A stretch of DNA of 14,731 nucleotides from Planctomycetota bacterium (GCA_027001995.1 JALTLO010000133.1:120718-135448); one strand, 5' to 3'. Shown: positions 1 to 8,602, numbered from the stretch's first letter. Translations and numbers: made by a program. Notes: a model not told the origin generated them from the sequence alone.

Positions 1-1541
<1,541 letters not shown>

Positions 1542-1677
1542 GTATTGAGCTCCGATTTGGAATCCTGCGATGTGCACGGAACACCGCCGTATCCGGTTAA
1601 TAAAAACTTATCCGGATCATTGCGCCCGATAACCCACTTTGGGTCATCAACATGGCAGGCTGATCCAAACCTCTTCG

Positions 1678-2358
1678 TTAGCTCCGAGCAGCTCCATCAA
1701 GTCCTTTCGCGGCAATTGCCAACAAGTTGGCAATGACATCGTCACGACTCATATCACTGCTGTCCACGTAATGCTGTTCAGGCACACGCTTCAAGGGAGC
1801 CACGGCGCGACTGGAATCAGCCGCATCCCGTGCTTTGATCTCATTCAGGAGAGCGTCAAAATCAACGTCTTCTCCTTTGTCTCTTAATTCTTTGGCCCGA
1901 CGTTCCGCTCGCACCTGAGCACTGGCATCCAAATAGATGCGAACTGCCGCATCAGGAAACACAAATGTTCCCATGTCCCGGCCTTCGCAGACCAAAGCCC
2001 CCACTTCCCCCATGGTTCGCTGAGCTCGGCTCATGAGCTTGCGGACAGAAGGCAAGGCGGCATAGGCCGATACTTGGGCGGTGACATGACGCTCTCGAAT
2101 AGCAGAAGTCACGTCCTGCCCATTGACCATCAAGCGGCCACCCGCCTCAAATGAAAGGTCAAGATCACACAAGAGTTGGTCCAAGTTCTTCGACTCAGAG
2201 GCTTCCAAACCCCCTTCAAGGGCTGCCCAGGTTACGGCCCGATACATGGCACCGGTGTCGAGAAAGCGAAAATTAAGCTTCTCGGCAACACGTCTCGCCA
2301 CTGTACTCTTGCCAGCTCCCGCCGGACCGTCAATTGTCACAACCTCAAGCAACGTCAT
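1678..2358 (-). CDS. cmk: Cytidylate kinase
   Basis: VTIDGPAGAGKST P-loop, LDTGAMYRA, EGRDMGTFVFPDA, RDAADSSRAVAPL; 226 aa; directly upstream of rpsA. Confidence 0.97.
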   Translation of the reverse strand: MTLLEVVTIDGPAGAGKSTVARRVAEKLNFRFLDTGAMYRAVTWAALEGGLEASESKNLDQLLCDLDLSFEAGGRLMVNGQDVTSAIRERHVTAQVSAYAALPSVRKLMSRAQRTMGEVGALVCEGRDMGTFVFPDAAVRIYLDASAQVRAERRAKELRDKGEDVDFDALLNEIKARDAADSSRAVAPLKRVPEQHYVDSSDMSRDDVIANLLAIAAKGLDGAARS

Positions 2359-2369
2359 TAACTCTTTAT

Positions 2370-2382
2370 TATCAACAACTTA
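2370..2382. promoter_or_regulatory. IHF-consensus site just upstream of the cmk start
   Basis: TATCAACAACTTA is an exact match to WATCAANNNNTTR and has an AT-rich 5' flank (TAACTCTTTAT). Confidence 0.45.
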
Positions 2383-2439
2383 GGACGTCTAGCCGAAAAT
2401 GCCTCGGGGACACCATTTGGGGACCGTGGGCCTCGTCAC

Positions 2440-2468
2440 AAGATGCTAAATATGCGGCCCTTGGGCAA
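2440..2468 (-). promoter_or_regulatory. Possible sigma70-type promoter for cmk-rpsA
   Basis: Minus strand TTGCCC-N17-CATCTT about 80 nt upstream of the cmk ATG; partial consensus only. Confidence 0.25.
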
Positions 2469-2534
2469 GCTCAGACTCGTGGCGAATAGGACAATTCCGG
2501 TTTTTCAAGAGAGCCCGCGGCCTCGTACGCAACA

Positions 2535-2565
2535 AGCTCATTCAAAATGACATTTTGAATGAGCT
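2535..2565. repeat. Perfect 31-bp palindrome (15-bp arms, 1-nt centre)
   Basis: AGCTCATTCAAAATG-A-CATTTTGAATGAGCT; the arms are exact reverse complements. Function unknown. Confidence 0.95.
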
Positions 2566-2782
2566 AAGAGAATTCCTTTGATCTCCATCATGATCGAAAG
2601 AAACATCATCAATGAAACATGCAACAGCGCCCCGAGCAGTTGCAATTCCTTATGTTAGCGACCATAGGTTCTTCGGGTGTGTGCTTAAGCAGGCGATCCC
2701 GATTGGGTTCGGCAACCCTCACTGAGCAAAGGATCTCCACCAAATCCTCGTCATTCGATCAACACTATCAGCGGTCGGGCGG

Positions 2783-3547
2783 TTAAGAATAACCTGACTC
2801 CGTATCGTTGAAATGACAAAGAGAAAGCTTGTCGCCATCAAAGTCCACATAGTTGGGGCCCTCTTCTTCCCAAGCACCTGTGGTCAAGACGCGGCTTTTT
2901 TTGCCGCTTACCTCAATCGATCGCTCGGCGAAATTGTGGATGTGGCCACAGATGATCACGTCGTAGTGGTTTCGACCCAGCTCTTCCTTGATGCCATCCT
3001 CGATTGTGTGAAACCGATTGCCCGTCAAAGCTTTCTTCTTGGCTTTCTTACGTTCGCTGATTTGTCGGTAGAACTTAGCCAAAAAGACCCCCGCGAAGGC
3101 CGGAAGAACGGAAGCGACGAAACGAGGGATACGAGATCGCATCACCACCCGTGCCCGTTGGTAGGAATGATCATCAATACAGAATTGATCCCCATGAGAC
3201 ACATGGACTTTTTGCCCAGCGAGATCAAGTGAAACCGTTTCGGGCAGCATTTCCACCCCAACGGCGCTAAAGCTCTTTCCCATCAGGAAATCTCGATTGC
3301 CGTGGACTGCCTTAATCACCAATCCTCCATCGGTCAAGAGTTTGAACTTCTCAAACAATGGGCCATAGAAAGGAATACCTGCCTGGCGATCACCAATCCA
3401 AAACTCAAAAAGATCACCCACGATGTAGAGTTCAGTGCACGCTTCAGCAGCCCCATCGAGGAACGCCAGGAATTGATTGAGGTAAGCCTCGTCTCCGAAG
3501 GTTATGTGGACATCGGAAACGAACCAAATTCGCTTCTTGTTGACCAT
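2783..3547 (-). CDS. lpxH: UDP-2,3-diacylglucosamine diphosphatase (LpxH, calcineurin-like metallophosphoesterase)
   Basis: Motifs SDVH, GDLFEFWIGD, HGNRDFLMG (Arg form typical of LpxH), HGDQFCIDDHSYQ and GHIH. The start overlaps the upstream stop (TGATG at 3545-3549). Confidence 0.85.
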   Translation of the reverse strand: MVNKKRIWFVSDVHITFGDEAYLNQFLAFLDGAAEACTELYIVGDLFEFWIGDRQAGIPFYGPLFEKFKLLTDGGLVIKAVHGNRDFLMGKSFSAVGVEMLPETVSLDLAGQKVHVSHGDQFCIDDHSYQRARVVMRSRIPRFVASVLPAFAGVFLAKFYRQISERKKAKKKALTGNRFHTIEDGIKEELGRNHYDVIICGHIHNFAERSIEVSGKKSRVLTTGAWEEEGPNYVDFDGDKLSLCHFNDTESGYS

Positions 3548-4908
3548 CAGTTGCTATCGTTAGAGAATTCAATCTCGTAAAGCCGCATTTTCTCCCAAAG
3601 GTTCTTGCGGCTGATCCCCAAAACGTCTGCCGCCTGAGCTTTGTGACCATTGGTGGCTTTAAGAATATTGTAGATGTGTTCCTTTTCCGCCTCTTCAACA
3701 TAAGCCTTGAGCTTCACCAAGTTGTTGGGGACCGCCAGGGCCTTCTTGTGAATAGGAGAGGTCTCTACCAAATGCTCTTTCTTCAGAAAACGAGCACTGC
3801 CCGCAAATGCGATGGCGCGCTCCACCGCATGTTCCAATTCCCGGACGTTGCCCGGCCAGTAATAGCCATCCATGGACTGCAAGACTTCTTCTTTGATTTC
3901 GTAGTCCTTGGACTCCGAATACTTGCCAATGAAATGCCTGGCCAAAAGAGCGATGTCCCCATCACGTTCGCGTAATGGCGGCAGTTTGATTGGCACGACA
4001 TTCAGTCGATAGAAAAGATCTTCCCGAAATTTGCCTGCTTGCACATGCTCCCGCAGATCCACCTTGGTGGCAGCAATGACACGCACATCAATCTTGATGG
4101 TCTTCTCACCTCCTAAGCGTTCAAACTCCCGCTCTTGCAGGATGCGAAGGAGCTTGACCTGTGTCTCCAATGGCATGTCGTCGATGTCATCGAGGAATAT
4201 GGAACCTGAATTGGCCCGTTCGAAGCGGCCAATTTTTTGATCACGGGCATCGGTGAAAGCACCTTTGTCATGGCCAAAGAGCTCGTCTTCGAGAAGAGCC
4301 GAAGGAATAGCGCCACAGGAAATCGCCACCATCGGTTTGTCGCGACGGTTGCTATTATTGTGGATCGCTCTGGCGATGACTTCTTTGCCCGTGCCAGTCT
4401 CTCCCTGAATCAAAATGTTCGAATTCGACTTCGACACTTGCTTCAGGGCTTTGAATACTTCCTGCATTTTACGGCTGGAGCCAATGACATTGTCAAAACC
4501 GGAAATATCGTCCAACTGCTCCCGCAATGAGGCATTCTCTTTTTGCAGGGCTACTAAGGTCGTGAGGCGCTCCAGAATCGATAGAATTTGCTCATTCAGG
4601 AATGGTTTTTGGACAAAATCCGCCGCCCCCAACTGCATGGCTTTGACCGCGGATTCAATGGTCGCGAAACCAGAAATAACAATCACCTGAAGATCTGGGC
4701 AGAGCTTCCGCACATTCTCCAGAAGCTCCATGCCGTTCATCCCGGGCATATTGATATCCGTGATGAGGCAATCAGCGCCTTCGCGCTTAAAGAACTCGAG
4801 GGCACGATTACCGTCGGAAACGGCGTGAACTTCGTGTCCGGCATCCGAAATATCGTCGACCAGTGTCGTGATTATACTCTGCTCATCATCTGCAATCAGA
4901 ACCTTCAA
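3547..4908 (-). CDS. Sigma54-dependent response regulator (REC-AAA+-Fis HTH, NtrC/AtoC family) with atypical AAA+ motifs
   Basis: REC domain with DDE, phospho-acceptor Asp (LITDINMPG) and KPF; Walker A GETGTGKE; GAFTDA; FREDLFYRLNV; WPGNVREL; C-terminal HTH. Start reassigned to TTG at 4908 (MKVLIADDE), 6 nt after AGGAGG at 4915-4920. Confidence 0.93.
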   Translation of the reverse strand: MKVLIADDEQSIITTLVDDISDAGHEVHAVSDGNRALEFFKREGADCLITDINMPGMNGMELLENVRKLCPDLQVIVISGFATIESAVKAMQLGAADFVQKPFLNEQILSILERLTTLVALQKENASLREQLDDISGFDNVIGSSRKMQEVFKALKQVSKSNSNILIQGETGTGKEVIARAIHNNSNRRDKPMVAISCGAIPSALLEDELFGHDKGAFTDARDQKIGRFERANSGSIFLDDIDDMPLETQVKLLRILQEREFERLGGEKTIKIDVRVIAATKVDLREHVQAGKFREDLFYRLNVVPIKLPPLRERDGDIALLARHFIGKYSESKDYEIKEEVLQSMDGYYWPGNVRELEHAVERAIAFAGSARFLKKEHLVETSPIHKKALAVPNNLVKLKAYVEEAEKEHIYNILKATNGHKAQAADVLGISRKNLWEKMRLYEIEFSNDSN

Positions 4909-4976
4909 ACGACGCCTCCTTTGATTGACATCCAAGCGTCGAGCTTATTCCTTTCAGACGAATAGATCAAACAGGA

Positions 4977-6062
4977 TCAGAATGGAGCACGCTTTACCAA
5001 CCAGCTGCCGACTTTCTGTGCCATCCAAAGAGGCATATTGGCGAACACTTTCTTGGCCATTTTGTATTTCGGGTTGCTGGGATTCATACAGGGAACTTCC
5101 GACACGGTGTTGAGCAAATATTCGTAACTCAACTGCCGAGGCTCAAAGCCCTGATGCTTCTTAAATGAGAAGGCACCCGTGCCCTCTCGGCTTCGGCCAA
5201 AGTCGAACTTCTTGAGGCCCTTTTCAGAGGCCCACTCCATCAACCGATAATACATGTAATTGCTGGCCCGAAAACGCTCTGCACCAGGAATCGCGCCAGA
5301 ATAGTAGGGCATGATGGTGTCCTTATACAGAAAGGACATAACAGCCGCAACGACCTCCCCGTCTTTGCGAACCGTGAGAATAGACTCATCGCTTCCCAAG
5401 ACATCTTTCTGGTGCCAAAACAAGCTCGAAGGAAACAGAGGTGAGCCCAGCTTTCGTTTATTCATCGAGAAAAGACGATGAAAATCTTTCAATGAAATGT
5501 CATCAAAGCCAAAAGATAAGGTCTCATCTTTCAAGGCCTTCCGCACCTCTGCCCTGGCCTTTCTCGGAATGCGAGCTAAGCAGCCATCCGCATCTTCGGG
5601 GATATCAGCGATGAAGGTGTAGTAAAGGTCAGTCCCTTCCAATCCAGCCAAAGGAGAATCCAAATGGCGGAGCTCGACATACTTGGCACCACAATTCTCA
5701 GCGATGACGCGGGCCTCAGCAATGAGCTTCTCTGCAACATCCTCATTATCAACGAGAAGCCCGCCGTAGACGCCGAAGGGAACAGAGACCAAAGTGGTGC
5801 CGAAGAACATAGATGAAACTCGGAACATGGGCAGGACACCGACAATGGCCGCGCCGCACTTGGCAACTAAGTAACAATCTTCGTGTTTGAATGTCCTTCG
5901 AATGACTTCCCGCCAACGAAGGGTGTGGAAGAGAGTGGAGTCGGGATGGGCCAAGACATAGGCCTCCCAAGCATCATCGTCTCCATCCACGAAACCAAAA
6001 ACTGTCGTGGCCCTGTCCGAGGTGAGATCTGTCACTTCGTTCGTTTCAATTCTGGTCTTCAC
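4977..6062 (-). CDS. FemAB-related GNAT-fold protein, XrtA/PEP-CTERM system-associated type
   Basis: WEAYV..HP.STLFH, LVSVPFGVYGG, YVELRH, RAEVRKA, FDFGRS..GTG..FKK..GFEP, NPSNPKY. Start uncertain (6089, 6080, 6062 or 6035); 6062 chosen for an upstream GAGG. Confidence 0.82.
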   Translation of the reverse strand: MKTRIETNEVTDLTSDRATTVFGFVDGDDDAWEAYVLAHPDSTLFHTLRWREVIRRTFKHEDCYLVAKCGAAIVGVLPMFRVSSMFFGTTLVSVPFGVYGGLLVDNEDVAEKLIAEARVIAENCGAKYVELRHLDSPLAGLEGTDLYYTFIADIPEDADGCLARIPRKARAEVRKALKDETLSFGFDDISLKDFHRLFSMNKRKLGSPLFPSSLFWHQKDVLGSDESILTVRKDGEVVAAVMSFLYKDTIMPYYSGAIPGAERFRASNYMYYRLMEWASEKGLKKFDFGRSREGTGAFSFKKHQGFEPRQLSYEYLLNTVSEVPCMNPSNPKYKMAKKVFANMPLWMAQKVGSWLVKRAPF

Positions 6063-7092
6063 GATCACCCTCTTCTTCATCCCGTCCACTCAAGATCGCC
6101 CCAATGTGATAATCCGCCAGAGTCTTACCCTGAGTGAAAATAATGATTTCCCCGATCAAACCAATCGAAAGCAGAATAGGTCCGAGAACCATAAACAGGA
6201 CGCCCAAAACGAGCAACGGGCGGTCGACAGCACCGACGTGGTAAACAATCTTCTCATAACCAACCCAACCCGTCAGAGCTGATCCCAAGAAGAAAAGACC
6301 CAAGCCCGTGAGTCCGAAGAACCGCAAAGGTTTGCGGATGAATTTAAGCAAGAAGAAGAGACTGAAGATGTCGAGGAAACGCCGCAAGTAAAGACTGACA
6401 TTGAGAAAGGTACTCGGCCCTTTCTCTGCCACATGTAAGACCTCAATCTCTTCCACTCGAAAACCCTGGCCAACAGCCAAGACAGGAACAAAGCGAAACA
6501 GGTCACCATGAAAATGGATAGAGTCGATAACGTGCTTGCGAAATCCTCTGAATGAACAGTTCAAATCACGAAACGAAACCTTAGTCAGATATTTCGTCAG
6601 CACGTTGAAGAACCAACTTTGAGCCCGAGCAATGAGAGAGTCAATTCTTGGGTGACGACAGGCAGTTACAAAATCAGCCCCGTCTCGGAGTCGCTTGATC
6701 ACTTCCAATGATGCCTCGGGTTTGACTTGAATATACCAGGTGTTGGTGATGATGAACTCGCCTTTGGCTCGCTCCGTTGCGATACGCAAAACGACGGATT
6801 CCCCGAATGTCCGACGAAATCGAATAACACGAAGGTTCGGGATCTTCTGATTGAGAACTTGGAGAGACTCAAAAAAGCGTCCTCCGATGCCGTCATCAAT
6901 CACAATGAATTCAGCTTTCAAGTTCGATTCATGAAAAACTCGACGAAAGGCATCAATCATTTCGCCGAAACTCTCGATATCGACCTCGACATTTGTCGCG
7001 ACAACAATGAGGCTGACGTCAAACTCATAGGACAACGGCAATCCTTCTAAGTCCGTCTTAGAATTCTGCACGACTGCTGGTTGCTCAGACAT
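6046..7092 (-). CDS. GT2 glycosyltransferase, ArnC/GtrB-like, DxD motif absent (probably degenerate)
   Basis: IDDG, FRRTFGES, RDLNCSFRGF, LFRFVP, two C-terminal TM helices. ATG at 7092 overlaps the upstream TGA (TGATG); the track start at 7095 is a TTG. Confidence 0.85.
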   Translation of the reverse strand: MSEQPAVVQNSKTDLEGLPLSYEFDVSLIVVATNVEVDIESFGEMIDAFRRVFHESNLKAEFIVIDDGIGGRFFESLQVLNQKIPNLRVIRFRRTFGESVVLRIATERAKGEFIITNTWYIQVKPEASLEVIKRLRDGADFVTACRHPRIDSLIARAQSWFFNVLTKYLTKVSFRDLNCSFRGFRKHVIDSIHFHGDLFRFVPVLAVGQGFRVEEIEVLHVAEKGPSTFLNVSLYLRRFLDIFSLFFLLKFIRKPLRFFGLTGLGLFFLGSALTGWVGYEKIVYHVGAVDRPLLVLGVLFMVLGPILLSIGLIGEIIIFTQGKTLADYHIGAILSGRDEEEGDREDQN

Positions 7093-8030
7093 CAAGCAAT
7101 CTCCACCACAGTCGAACGCGCGTATTCTGCGGCATCATGATTGCCTACCCTTACGATGAGATCACCCAAAGTACCCAACAAGAAAAAATAGAGTGCGGTC
7201 ACAAGCATGAGGATGAGTACCGCCGGCAACACGATGTTAACGCGATAGTCGGCCATCATGTTCCAAAAAAGGAAAGGTGCGACAACCAACCCGCCGGCGA
7301 AGAACACACCACCGATAAGACCGAAATAATGGGCCGGTCGACTTGAGAAATCGACAACCATCTTAATGACCGCTAAGTCAACGATCACTTTGAAGAGTCG
7401 AGACAAGCCATACTTACTAACGCCATAAATACGGGGTCTGTGATTCACCTTGATTTCTGTTACTCGGGCTCCGCATTTCCAAGCAAGAGCCGGTAAGAAC
7501 CGATGCATGTCGCTGTAGAGATGCAAGGACTTCATGATGCGTGCGTCATAGGCTTTCAGGGAGCATCCGTAATCGTGAATTCGAACCCCCGTCAACAGAC
7601 CGATGATCCAGTTGGCGCAAATCGACGGTAAACGCCGGGTCAAGAACTTGTCTTTTCGATCCGCCCGCCAGCCGCTGACGACATCGTAGCCCATATCCAT
7701 CTTGTCCAAGAGCCGAGGGATATCCTTGGGGTCGTTCTGAAGATCAGCGTCCATGCACACCAAGACGGCTCCCTGAGCCTCATCAATTCCTGCCGCCATG
7801 GCCTGAGTCTGACCAAAATTTGTCTTCAATCGAACGACTTTCGCCCAGACCCGCCGTTTGACAATTTGAGCTAAGAAATCGAAAGACCCGTCCGTAGACC
7901 CATCGTCCACCAGAACAACTTCGCTGTTCTCGGGTAATGTCTGCATGACTTCAGCGAGCTCTGCTTCCAAACTTGGAAGCGCTTCCTCTTCATTGAAGAC
8001 AGGGACGATGATGGATACTTCGATGGACAT
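7092..8030 (-). CDS. GT2 polyprenyl-phosphate glycosyltransferase, ArnC/GtrB-like
   Basis: SIIVPVFNEE, VDDGSTDGS, NFGQTQAMAAG, MDADLQNDP, VVSGWR, HDYGCSLKAY, MHRFLP, VNHRPR..GVSKYG, two C-terminal TM helices. Confidence 0.93.
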   Translation of the reverse strand: MSIEVSIIVPVFNEEEALPSLEAELAEVMQTLPENSEVVLVDDGSTDGSFDFLAQIVKRRVWAKVVRLKTNFGQTQAMAAGIDEAQGAVLVCMDADLQNDPKDIPRLLDKMDMGYDVVSGWRADRKDKFLTRRLPSICANWIIGLLTGVRIHDYGCSLKAYDARIMKSLHLYSDMHRFLPALAWKCGARVTEIKVNHRPRIYGVSKYGLSRLFKVIVDLAVIKMVVDFSSRPAHYFGLIGGVFFAGGLVVAPFLFWNMMADYRVNIVLPAVLILMLVTALYFFLLGTLGDLIVRVGNHDAAEYARSTVVEIA

Positions 8031-8602
8031 GGATCTAAGCTATTCTCAGAGCAAAAAACGGGCACAAGTGCTTCTTGAGACATCAGTTGTTGCCCCAGCT
8101 CATATCTTAGCGACTGAAACCTGTTTCTCAATTCTCACGATCAATCAAAGGAACTCGATTCCCTCTCTTTGTCGTCAATACCCAAGCTTTGAATGAAGCC
8201 CACCTTCCTTCCCACCGGGAAGTAAGAAAGCATTTCAGCCTTTTTTGAGTCTTGGGAGTTCCCAAAAACGAGGTTTTTCACTGAAATCGATGCCAATTTC
8301 ACTAAGAATTGCTCTTCCTAAGACTTCACAAGACCCTAAAAAGGACTTATAGTCCCAACTAACAAGCGTACCGAATATAGGTAATGACAAGGGGTTAGCA
8401 CGACTGACCTAGTCAAAACCTAGGGCAATTTGTCTTAAGTAATATAAGTCTGGATTCTAAAGAGACAGAACGTATCTTTAAGGGTGAATCAAGTGCTCCG
8501 GGACCAAGGGTGCCGGGGCCAAAATCACGGGGCATGTCAAACGGCGCGGGGAACTCACGCGTGCGGCCCCGTGTGTGTCTGCCACGTACCCGTGGAATGC
8601 CG

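Noticed and set aside
2359..2782. Known structural RNA (tRNA, SRP, 6S, tmRNA, RNase P or riboswitch) in the long lpxH-cmk gap
   Set aside because: No cloverleaf or family-specific motif recognised by eye; an Infernal scan would be needed to exclude it fully.
8281..8296. TTGGCATCG on the minus strand as a sigma54 -24 box
   Set aside because: No GC at the required GG-N10-GC position (AG is found instead).
8031..8602. c-di-GMP riboswitch upstream of the cyclase or the GT operon
   Set aside because: No GEMM-type conserved elements seen on either strand.
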